Below are positions 37,449-46,615 of a DNA stretch of 64,000 bases, in pieces. The notes under the pieces are model-generated. The model was not told the DNA's origin and did not search any database. It was given only the letters and a program-made list of their open reading frames with translations. Where the stretch lies: the NCBI GenBank assembly GCA_963780475.1, contig CAWACB010000008.1, positions 707,030 to 771,029 on the forward strand. The letters are read 5' to 3'. This stretch comes from an uncultured Solirubrobacterales bacterium. Its GTDB lineage: Bacteria > Actinomycetota > Thermoleophilia > Solirubrobacterales > JBBDJG01. The position numbers and the translations under genes are program-made. Position 1 is the first letter of the stretch; each line of letters opens with the position of its first letter.

Positions 37449-38753
37449 ATGCCGGAGACCTCGAGCACACCCGCCACGGTCCCTGACCTGTTCGCCAAGG
37501 CGCGCAGCCACGATCGCCGCGAGCTGATCGACATGGCGCGGGAGAACGACCTCCTGCCGTATTTCCGCGAGGTCGAGTCCGAGCCGGGGCCGGTGGTGCA
37601 GATGGAGGGCCGGGACCGACTGATGCTCGGCTCCAACAACTACCTCGGGCTGACCGGCGACCCGCGGGTCAAGGAGGCGGCCCGCCAGGCCCTCGAGCGC
37701 TATGGGACCGCCCTCACCGGGTCTCGCCTGATGAACGGCACGCTGCCCATGCACCGCGAGCTCGAGCAGATGATCGCCGACTGGATGCAGACCGAGGACG
37801 CGCTGGTCTTCACGACGGGCTATCAGGCCAACGTGGGCGCGCTGTCGTCGATCCTGAGCGCCTCGGACACCGTGATCGCCGATTCCGGTGACCACGCGTC
37901 GATCCTCGACGGCTGCAAGCTCTCGGGCGCCCGGCTGCGCCCCTTCCGCCACGGCCGGCTCGACAAGCTCGAGACCATGCTGGAGCGGTCTGCGGGCGAC
38001 GGAGGCGGCACCCTGGTGGTGGTCGACGGCGTGTACTCGATGGAGGGCGACGTCTGCGACGTCGCCTCTGTGGCCGCCCTCTGCCGCCGCCACGGCGCCC
38101 GCCTGATGGTGGACGAGGCCCACGGGGTGGGCGTCCTGGGAGCCCGCGGAGCGGGCGCTTCCGAGCTCTACGGGGCCGAGCGCGAGGTGGACCTGCGGAT
38201 GGGAACCTTCTCCAAGTCGCTGGCCAGCTGCGGCGGCTTCATCGCCGGCCCGGCCGAGGTGATCGACTTCATGCGGATCTCGGCGCGCTCCTTCCTGTTC
38301 ACCGCCGCCGCCGTGCCCGCCGCGGTGGCGGCCGCGCGGGAGGCGGTACGGATCTGCGCTTCGTCCGAAGGCCCCGAGCTGTTCGCGCGCTCCCTCGGCA
38401 ACGCCGCCTATCTCGCGCGCGGCCTGCGAGAGGCGGGCCTGCGCGTGCTGACGCCGGCGCCGCTCGAGGACGGCGACTGAGGTGATCACGCCGATCGTGC
38501 CGATCCTCGTCGGCGACGATGTGCTCGCGGCGACGCTCTGGAAAGCGCTTTGGGACGAGGGGATGTACACCAACGTGGCCCTCTATCCCGCCGTTCCGCC
38601 GTCCGGCGCGCTGATCCGGACCAGCGTGATGGCCACCCACGAGCGCGAGCATCTGGACCAGGCGATCGAGATCGCCGCGCGGGTCAGGCAGCGGATGCCG
38701 AGCTTCCCGGCCCGGAGCAGGCCTCAGCCGCCGAGGGGCCTTCGGGCACCTGA
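37449..38753 (+). pseudogene. alpha-oxoamine synthase, serine-palmitoyltransferase-like (2 frame changes near 38478 and 38675)
   Basis: LGSNNYLGLTGDPRV, GSRLMNGT, VVVDGVYSMEGD, VDEAHGVG and the PLP-lysine motif MGTFSKSLASCGGF. GSRxxNGT plus GTFSKS is SPT-like rather than BioF/Kbl-like. The tail (ITPIVPILVGDD..ALYPAVPPSGALIRTSVMATH) is in a second frame. The probable stop TGA 38751-38753 is in a third. Confidence 0.75.
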
Positions 38754-38806
38754 GGAACTTAGAAATAAAAAGGTCGCTCTTAGCGCCCCGGGTTGTGAAC
38801 GAATCG

Positions 38807-38834
38807 TTGACGGCCGGACGCGGTCGAGTAAGGT
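38807..38834 (+). promoter_or_regulatory. candidate sigma-70-type promoter
   Basis: TTGACG, a 16-nt spacer, then TAAGGT, in an AT-enriched stretch about 200 nt upstream of the mIHF-like start. Confidence 0.3.
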
Positions 38835-39036
38835 GCCGCCGAGTTCGGAACGGCCCCCTTGCCTGGTGAGTCCAAACCTCGATTCTGGGGGGACCTGGAG
38901 GGTCCGGTATCTGCGGAATCGGAGAGAGCCGCAGGAGCCGGCGTGGGCCAGGTGCGAGAGGGCCCGGGCCGAGCGTGGGCAAGTCCAGTCAGTCAGTCAT
39001 TCTCTATAGATGCCTACTCAGCACCTGGGAGGTGTA

Positions 39037-39402
39037 ATGCACGCTGCCACCACGTCCGCTGCCCCGCAGTCTGCAGGACCGCAGCACATGCTGGCCTTGG
39101 AACGAGCCAACCGTGTGCGTCTCGCCAGAGCGGCGCTCAAGCGCCGGATAGCTGCGGGGAAAGTGGATACCGCCGAGGTGGTGCTCTCGTGCCCTTGGGA
39201 AGTCGAAAGCATGGCGGTCAGTGAGCTGATCATGAGTCAACGCAGGTGGGGACGGACCCGCACCCGCAAGTTCCTCGACACGATCGGCCTGTCAGAGACC
39301 AAGACCGTCGGCAGTCTGACCGAGCGGCAGCGCGTGACGCTGGCCGCGCTCCTGACGGCCAAGGCAAGGGCTGCACGGGCTCAGACCCTGCGCGAAGCCT
39401 GA
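39037..39402 (+). CDS. mihF: actinobacterial integration-host-factor (mIHF/sIHF)-like small DNA-binding protein
   Basis: ATG 39037 lies 4 nt after the GGGAGG SD. ALERANRVRLARAALKRRIAAGKVDTAEVV...MAVSELIMSQ..RKFLDTIGLSETKTVGSLTERQR follows the mIHF pattern (basic helix plus helix-hairpin-helix with G(I/L)SE(S/T)). It is divergent from canonical mIHF. Confidence 0.5.
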   Translation: MHAATTSAAPQSAGPQHMLALERANRVRLARAALKRRIAAGKVDTAEVVLSCPWEVESMAVSELIMSQRRWGRTRTRKFLDTIGLSETKTVGSLTERQRVTLAALLTAKARAARAQTLREA

Positions 39403-39605
39403 TTTTCCGAGCCGCCGGCGGAAGGGCACACGCCCCTCCGTCGGCCGGCACGGCCTTCTTCTCACGGCGGATCTACAAGCCGGCCGACGGCTCAAGTCCC
39501 CGCGCAGCTAGGCCGATCCCGAGGGACGGGCTCGTAGGAAAGCGGCGTCGGATACAGCGCGGGTCGCCGCGTCTCCTCGTTGCGTTTCAGCGGCACGCTG
39601 AGCCC

Positions 39606-39649
39606 GCTGGTCGAGATTTAGCACCACATAGTGCTTTTTCTCGACCAGC
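39606..39649. repeat. 44-nt interrupted palindrome / long hairpin
   Basis: GCTGGTCGAGA-TTT-AGCAC-CACATA-GTGCT-TTT-TCTCGACCAGC. The 11-bp and 5-bp arms are perfectly complementary. The centre is AT-rich. Lies between convergent genes. Confidence 0.5.
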
Positions 39650-39720
39650 GCCGTCCGCGGGTCGGACCGAGGGCGTCAGACGAAAGTGCCACGAACCGCG
39701 TGGGAGAGAAACCGCGAGCG

Positions 39721-39804
39721 CGCAAAATCACGCCAACCTCCCTACCTGCTCAGGCCTCCCCGCAAAATCACGCCAACCTCCCTACCTGCTCAGGCCTGCC
39801 CGCA
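39721..39804. repeat. 40-bp tandem duplication (2.1 copies)
   Basis: cgcaaaatcacgccaacctccctacctgctcaggcctccc (39721-39760) is repeated at 39761-39800 with one substitution (c to g). The next 4 nt, cgca, start a third copy. Non-coding. Confidence 0.85.
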
Positions 39805-39833
39805 CCGCGGCGAGCGCGTGCGGGCCCAGCCAC

Positions 39834-40293
39834 CTAGCGGACCTTGAACCCGAGCCCGCCCGAGCGGCGCTTGAAGGCCTCTCGCAGCAGATAGCCGCCG
39901 ACCACGAACACAACGATCGAGGCGGCGAAGGCGACGATCCCGCGGCCAGCCCCCCGGTAGGAAGAAGCCGACGCCGAGGATCAGCACCGCCGGCGCGCCG
40001 GCCAGCACGGTGGTGTGCGAGCGGTAGCCGGCGAAGTGCTCGCGGATCGCGAGCTCGAGGCCGGCGAGCGATCCCAGCGCGACGCCGGCGGCGATCAGCG
40101 TGATTCCCCTGTCTCCCTGGACGAAGAAGCCGGCGACCAGCATCACGAGCGCCAGCAGGACCACCAGCTCCACCAGGGGGAACTTGCCCCAGGGCGCGGG
40201 CGGGCGGTCCGGAGGGCCGGAGCGCGCCGGCCGGGCGGGCCGGGGGGCCTCGCCGGCGTCCGGGGCCGCGCTTCGGCGGGGGCTCGTAGTCAT
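39834..40293 (-). pseudogene. small membrane protein (1 frame change near 39950)
   Basis: MTTSPRR...WGKFPLVELVVLLALVMLVAGFFVQ..ITLIAAGVALGSLAGLELAIREHFAGYRSHTTVLAGAPAVLILGVGFFLPG continues in another frame as GLAAGIVAFAASIVVFVVGGYLLREAFKRRSGGLGFKVR-TAG. Confidence 0.45.
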
Positions 40294-40406
40294 CCGTCGG
40301 CCGGCGCCGCTTACGGCGCTGTCCCTGCGGCATGCTCAGAGCCTCCGGGTGGGCCCGGGAACGAGGGTCGGAACGGGGTCGCGGGGACGGGCCCGCGCCC
40401 CTGGAG

Positions 40407-40874
40407 TCACGGGCAGCCGGAGGAGATCCGGATGCGCCACCAGCCGAGCAGCATGCCGATCAACCCGAGCCGGGGACGCGAGTGCCAGTGCTTGCAGCCG
40501 GGCTCCCCGATGTCGTGGTTCGAGACGCGCACCCACTTGAAGCGCTCGGGCTCGGCGAGCATCCGCTCGATCGTCTCGGCGTTGCCCCGCTCCACGAGGT
40601 TGCGGCGCCGCAACTCGGCCCGTGCCTCCTCCAGGCGCTCCGCCAGCCGGTCGCGGATCTCCTCCAGCTGGCCCACGCCGAGCAGCCGCGGGCCGCCGGC
40701 CGAACCGACGCTCCAGTCGATGCCGCGGCGCGGGTAGGCGGCGGCGAAGGTACGCGCCAGCTCGCGCTCGAGACGGGCGATCTGATCGCGCAGGGAACGC
40801 CGTGCGGCCGCGTCGTCGGTGCCGGTGCGAAGCGGCGGGAGAACCGCCCTCTGTCGTTGAGCGAGCTGCGGCAT
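40407..40874 (-). CDS. conserved hypothetical protein
   Basis: Intact 155-aa ORF. Coiled-coil N-terminal half and a C-terminal KWVRVSNHDIGEPGCKHWHSRPRLGLIGMLLGWWRI segment. No family name recognised. Confidence 0.55.
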   Translation of the reverse strand: MPQLAQRQRAVLPPLRTGTDDAAARRSLRDQIARLERELARTFAAAYPRRGIDWSVGSAGGPRLLGVGQLEEIRDRLAERLEEARAELRRRNLVERGNAETIERMLAEPERFKWVRVSNHDIGEPGCKHWHSRPRLGLIGMLLGWWRIRISSGCP

Positions 40875-40884
40875 CGATCAGAGT

Positions 40885-41536
40885 CTAAACCCGCACGATC
40901 CCCGAAGCGCACCAGAGCGCCTCTTCGACGTTGATCTCCGGCACCCCGCCGACGCGCACGGCCGCCAGCGCGATCAGCCGCGTCTGCTTCGTGACCTCGA
41001 ACCCGCGAGCCGTCTCGCCGAAGATCAGCCCCACCGGGCAGCGCTCGTCGGCCAGCACGATGGTGCCCGAGTCGAGCTTCAGCGGCCCGTCGCCGAGCAG
41101 CTCCTCCGGGCCTGTCAGCCGCAGCCCCAGGCGGCCCGTTAGCTTGTCGGCATCGAAGGCGCGCACCGCGACGCCCGTCTCGACCACCGCCACGGTGAGC
41201 GCGTCCTCGACGAGGTCGTGGCTCTTGAACCGCCCTGCCCGCAGGCGCTCGAGCATCACCGCCTCGGCCGGCGGGCTGGAACTCGTCCGGGTCGATCCCC
41301 ACCTGGCGGAAGAAGATCCGGTAGGCGCCGGCGACCGGCTCGCGGCGCAGGTTCAGGACCCGCTCGCCGTGCACCCGGTCCGACAGATGGCGCAGGCGCT
41401 GCTTCACCGGCCGCGGGCTGCGGCCCGTGCGGCCCTCCACGATCGTGTAGCGCAGGCCGAGCCCCTGGAACTCGCTGCGCAGCGAGGACTCGACCCAGCC
41501 CTCCTCCACCGGCAGCTCGTCGACCCCGGACGTCAT
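40885..41536 (-). pseudogene. B3/B4 (PheT-like) domain protein, COG3382-like (1 frame change near 41270)
   Basis: MTSGVDELPVEEGWVESSLRSEFQGLGLRYTIVEG...VAGAYRIFFRQVGIDPDE, then MLERLRAGRFKSHDLVEDALTVAVVETGVAVRAFDADKL... Confidence 0.6.
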
Positions 41537-42246
41537 TGCCGCGCTCGCGCCGCCCGCACCCGGGCGCGCCGCTCGGAGACCCGCACGAGCTCGCGCACGC
41601 GCCGGATCAGCTCCTGCTCGTCCACCTTCCCCAGCGCCGTGTCGGCCAGCACGCCGCGAGGATATGCAAAGAAGGTCGTCGGCCCCACGCCGACGCTGTA
41701 GAGCGTGCTGACCGCGCCGTCGCGGTCGACCGCCATCGGGAACCCCCACCCGTTCCTCTTCGTGATCTCACGCGCCTTGTCCTGGGAATCGCGCACGTCG
41801 AGCCCGACGAAGGCCACCTTCGGGAACATCCGCCGCACGCGGTCGACGATGTCGAGCTGCTCCTCGCAGTTGCCGCACTTGCTGAACCACGCCACGAGGA
41901 CGAGCGGCCGGTCGAAGTAGTCGCAGATCCGGATGGCGTCGCGATTTGGCACCTGGCAGGCCGGCATGTGATCCTTGCCGGCGGCCTCCCGGTTCTGGAA
42001 GACGTTCGCGTCGCCCTCGAGGGAGCCGGTCGCGGAGGGGGCCGCGAACTTCGGCAGGCTCGTCCCGGGCTGCAGGCCCGCGCGCCCGGATTGTCCTGGC
42101 CGAGGAGGCTGATGGCAGCGAAGCCGATCACGGCCAGGAACAGGATGCCGACCGCGATCGAGTAGGGCCGCGTCGGGGCCGGGCGCTCCTCTTCCTCGCG
42201 CTCGGAGGCGAACGGGTCGCGCGGGTCGGTCACCGTGCCCGCCGGA
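41533..42246 (-). pseudogene. TlpA/ResA-like membrane-anchored thiol-disulfide oxidoreductase (1-2 frame changes; 5' end uncertain)
   Basis: TM anchor YSIAVGILFLAVIGFAAISLL. Thioredoxin fold with PLVLVAWFSKCGNCEEQL (CxxC) and GWGFPMAVDRDGAVSTLYSVGVGPTTFF. Confidence 0.6.
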
Positions 42247-44796
42247 ACGGCCGCATGCGAAGGGCGGCCAGCGCCTCGGCCCGGCTGCGCGGCAACCGCA
42301 CGTCGCGGGCGCGTTCGGCGCAGCGCGAACGCTGCAGGAGCCAGCAGCGCCACGCCGGCGAGCCCGATCAGGGCGCCGGCGGCGCCCGCCAGCCCGAAGT
42401 CGCGCAGGGTCTGCGGCCCGGCCGCGATCAGCGCCAGGAAACCGAGCACGACGGCGACGTTGGCGGCGCACCTCGACCCGGCCGAGCACGAGCCCATCCG
42501 GGGGCTCGCCGGCGAGCGCGCGACGTACGAGGACCAGCGCGAGCGGCGCCAGGACCGCGGCGACGCACACCCCCAGCACGGCGGTGAGCGGGTCGAGCGG
42601 CATCCCGAGCGCCCACGGCACCAGCCAGACCCAGCCGCCTGCAAGGGCCAGCGGCACCAGCGCCAGCAGTCCGCGCACGCCGGCGGCCGCCACCAGGACC
42701 AGAGCAACCGCCGCCAGCGTGGCGACCAGCAACCACCAGCGCGCCCCTTCCAGATCGTCGCCGGAGTCGGCCTGCTCGACCAATGCGCCCGCGAGCCGTG
42801 CCTCGACCGGCGGCGGCGGGTCGAGCTGGGCCCGCATGTCGTCGAACAGCTTCTGTTGCTCGGAGACCGGCATGTCGCGGACGCTGAACGCCATGTTGGC
42901 CGCGGAGCGGTCGCGGGCGAGCGCGTTCTGCGAGAAGCCCTGCGGCAGGGCGCGCACAAGCGCCCGCGCCGCTCGGCGCGTGCGCGGGACCTGGTTGTTG
43001 AAGAGGCCCGTCAGCGACAGCGCCGGGCACAGGTCGGCCTGCCGGCAGGGTTGCCCGGCGCGCCACCCGTGCCGCCGCGCGACCCGAGCCTGATACTCGG
43101 ACATCCAGCGCAGCACCGCCGGATTGGTGACGTCCGCTGCCCTGACGAGCACGGACACGTCGCCCGCCGCGCCGGTGTCACTCCGCAGCGCGGCAGCGTC
43201 GCTCGACCTCGGCAGCGCCTCCGGGCAGCTGGCGCTCCAGAGAGCGGCCAGGCTCCAGCTGGGCGGCTCCGATCCATCCCACGATCGCGACCAGCAGCCC
43301 ACGGCGGCCAAGGCGCGGCCCGGCCGGTGACGGCCGCCCGACGGCGACTGCCACGCGGACCGGCCACAGCGTTCTGCCGAGCGCGGAAGTGCCGGGAGGT
43401 CGGCGGAACTGCCGGCTGCCGGACTGCTGCGACTGCCGCTCGCCCACAACGCCGCGGCGCCGGCCGCCGACGGTCACCGCGAGGACGAGCAACAGACCCC
43501 GAGCACCAGCAATCCGCCCAGGTCCCGCACCGATGGCACCGGCGCGAGCAGCAAAGCCGCACAGCCTGCCGCCGCCGCCAGCCCAAGCGGAAGCAGTGCG
43601 GCGAATGCGCGCGCTGCGAGCGCCCCCTCCCGCGGACCGCCGCCCAGCGCGCCGGCGAAGCGCATCACGAAGCCCGTGCCGAGGGCGAGGACGAGAGCGG
43701 CGAACGCGACCGACGTCGCGGTCAGGTCGATGCCGAAGACCGCCGCGATTCCGGCGAGGATCGCGGTCGCCGCCGCGGCCAGTGCCACGGGGACGAACCA
43801 GCGCGCGCCGGTCCTGGTCAGCCACGCGAGCACTGCCAGCAGGAGCAGGGCCACCAGTGCCGCGAGCACCAGCGCACCGTCGGCTCTGCCCGCGGCCGCG
43901 TTCTCGGTGAGCGGGACGCCGGACAGGGAGTAGCGCCCGTACTTGAGGCTGAACTTGTCGCTGTCCACGGCGCGCCGCACCATGTCGATCGCCTCGCGGC
44001 GCTCGGCGTCGCTCAGGCCCGGCTTCAGCCGCGCCTGGATCAGCGCGGTGTCCTTGTCCGGGAACACGTAGGAGAACCGCGGCTTGGGCACCTCGCCCCC
44101 GAGGCGCGGCGCGAAGACGAGCTGCAGGACGAAGTCGGGGTTGTTGAGCGCCGGGATGCTGGTCAGGCCGTACTTGAGCGCCAGCTGGGCGCCGGATTCC
44201 TGGAACTTCGCGTAAACGAGCTGGCGCGCGCTGCGGGCGGCGTTGTCCTGCTCTTCCTTCGTCAGGCCCTGCGCCCGGGCCACCTTGCGGGCCGCCCCGG
44301 CGGCCCGCCGGGCCTCGCGCTCCTGGCCGGACTGCTCCAGGCCGAGCTCGCGCAGGAAGCGCCCGGCCGCCTCGTTGACGAAGGTGCCGGGCCCGTAGAC
44401 GACCTGCATCGGCTTCTCACGCCCCAGCTCGGAACAGACGGGGTCGACCGGCTTTGCGCGCCGTGGGATGTTGCCCCCGAGACAGCCCTCGAGACCCAGC
44501 ATCGTCGCGAGGTCGCGGGTCAGCAGCATCCCGGTCAGCTTTCCGTGCACCCGGATCGTGATCGGCTCGTCGCCGAAGTCCTGGTGCAGGTCCGCCGTCG
44601 CCCGGGCCGAGCCGTCGTCCCCGTCGATCAGCTTTCCGGTGGAGCCGCTGAAGTCGAGCAGGAAGGCGAGGCCCAGACCGATAACGGCCAGCGCCCCCAC
44701 CACGGCCAGCACGAGGCGCCCGCGTCGCAGGCACGCGGACACGACCCGCTCGAGAGCGGCGCCGGCGCGGACGGTTGGAAGCCTCATGCGCGCCAT
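42240..44796 (-). pseudogene. RND-superfamily MMPL/HpnN-like transporter (several frame changes; 3' end uncertain)
   Basis: TM1 plus a roughly 270-aa extracytoplasmic loop (ORF 43474..44796) and a TM2-6 bundle. A second loop and a second TM bundle lie in the frames of ORFs 41533..43449 and 41607..42959. No stop separates it from the TlpA-like frame as assembled. Confidence 0.65.
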
Positions 44797-44827
44797 GGGC
44801 GCGCCCTGAAGTTAGATCGCTGCGTCT

Positions 44828-45733
44828 CTATTCCATCCCGAGCGGCCCGGCTGAGTCGCCCGCGAGGAACTGCCGCACGAACTTGTTGTCGGACTCGAAC
44901 AGGTCGTTCCGCAGTCCCGACTCGACGATCTTGCCGCGCCACAGGATGGCCATGAACTCGGCCAGCCGCCGCGCCGAGGCGATGTCGTGAGTGATCACCA
45001 CGTAGGTGCCGCCGTTCTCCTCGTGGATCGCGCGAATCAGGTCGCAGAGCAGTGCCGTGCGCACCGGGTCGAGCCCCGAGTCGGGCTCGTCGAACAGCAC
45101 GATCTCGGGATCCAGCACGAGCGCCCGCGCGAACCCTGCGCGCTTGCGCATACCGCCCGAGAGCTCGTTCGGCATCTTCTCCTCCGCCCCGCCGAGGCCC
45201 ACCTCGCGCAGGCGGCGCTGGACGATCTCCCGGATCTCGTCCTCCGACTTCTCCGTGTGCTGGCGAAGCGGGAAGGCGACGTTGTCGTAGAGGTTCATCG
45301 ATCCGAACAGCGCGCCGTCCTGGAACAGCACCCCGAACTTCTTGCGCATCTCGAACAGCTCGTCATCGGTCATGTCGGGCACCGACTGGCCCTGGACGAG
45401 CACGTCGCCCCCGTCCGGGTACAGCAACCCGACCATGTGCTTGATGCAGACCGACTTCCCGGTGCCCGAGGGGCCCAGGATCATGGAGATCATTCCCTGA
45501 GGGATCCCGAGGTTGAGGCCGTCGAGCACCGTGTTGCGCCCGAAGCGCTTGACCACGTCGATGAACTCGACCTCGTCCTCCCGGCCGTGGTCGCGGACGG
45601 TGCCGTGGAAGGCGAACTTGTCTTCTTCCAGCGCTGGGTCGCCGGCCAGCCGCTTGTGAACGTCCGACTCGTCCGGCGGGGGTGCCGCCGCGGGGTCCTG
45701 ACGCAGGTCGCCTTGTCCGTCTCCGTTGCTCAA
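44828..45733 (-). CDS. mkl: Mkl/MceG (MlaF-like) ABC ATPase
   Basis: Intact 301-aa ORF. GPSGTGKS, LSGGMRKRAGFARAL and VLFDEPDSGLDP, plus the C-terminal MlaF-type extension (FVRQFLAGDSAGP). Confidence 0.85.
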   Translation of the reverse strand: MSNGDGQGDLRQDPAAAPPPDESDVHKRLAGDPALEEDKFAFHGTVRDHGREDEVEFIDVVKRFGRNTVLDGLNLGIPQGMISMILGPSGTGKSVCIKHMVGLLYPDGGDVLVQGQSVPDMTDDELFEMRKKFGVLFQDGALFGSMNLYDNVAFPLRQHTEKSEDEIREIVQRRLREVGLGGAEEKMPNELSGGMRKRAGFARALVLDPEIVLFDEPDSGLDPVRTALLCDLIRAIHEENGGTYVVITHDIASARRLAEFMAILWRGKIVESGLRNDLFESDNKFVRQFLAGDSAGPLGME

Positions 45734-45752
45734 CTTCTCACTCCTTGTTTCG

Positions 45753-46615
45753 TCAGCCCCCGATCGGCGCCCTCGGATTGGCTCCCCAGAACACCTGGGA
45801 GCCCATCATGCCGATCAGGTGCACCAGCACCATGTTGAGGATCATCGACTTGGCGGTCGCCTGGCCGACGCCCACCGGCCCGCCCGAGGCGGTGTAGCCG
45901 TAGTAGCAGCCGACGGCCACGATCGCGGTCGCCATCGTCATGCCCTTGATCACGCTGAATAGCAGGTCGGGGGGGTTTTGGAACATCCAGAAGATCAGGA
46001 AGTAGCCCCCCGAGGAGACCTCGCCGATCTGCTTCACGACCGCCAGGTAGGAGGCCAGGTAGGCGACCCCGACGGCGGCGATGTAGATGAACGGGAGCAC
46101 CAGCCAGGCGCCCAGCAGGCGGGTGGCGCACAGGAACGTGATCGGCTGCACGCCCATCACCTCGAGCGCGTCGATCTCCTCGTTGATGCGCATCGCGCCC
46201 AGCTCGGCGACGATCCCGGTGCCCACCTTGGCGGCCATGATGTAGCCGAACATGTAGGGCACCATCTCGCTGCAGGTCGCACCAGGCCGCGAACACGCCC
46301 GCGTAGGCGGGCGCGCCCACGGAGCGGTTGAAGTAGGCGCCCTCGATCCCGCACTGCAGGCCGAGGATGAACACCATCCCCCAGATCACCAGCGCCGAGC
46401 CCAAGATCAGGATGCCGGCCTGGCGCAGCGCCTCGCCGAAGAAGTGGAACACGCGCCCGTTGAACACGTCCCCGAAGGCCTTGCCCGAGAAGCGGATGAT
46501 GTCGCCCAGGCGAGGCGATCCAGTCCTTGGGCACCACCAGCCAGGACAGCCGGGCGCCGGTCGACTTGGGGCCGCGCGGCCCGCCGCCGGGGGCGGGTGT
46601 GGTGGGGGCGGCCAC
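45753..46615 (-). pseudogene. yrbEB: YrbE/MlaE-family permease B (at least 2 frame changes)
   Basis: The C-terminal 170 aa are intact (AELGAMRINEEIDALEVMGVQPITFL...). The N-terminal part lies in two other frames (VFNGRVFHFFGEALRQAGILILGSALVIWGMVFILGLQCGIEGAYF). The GTG start overlaps the yrbEA stop by 1 nt. Confidence 0.7.

Noticed and set aside
39721-39804. Possible CRISPR array or att-site duplication
   Set aside because: There are only two directly abutting copies with no spacers. No cas, integrase or tRNA genes are nearby. The 33-nt repeats at 12306-12470 are coding. Neither region is a CRISPR array.
42235-44955. 906-aa plus-strand ORF
   Set aside because: It is antisense to the RND/MMPL gene, extremely Arg/Pro/Gly/Ala-rich, and has no domain signature.
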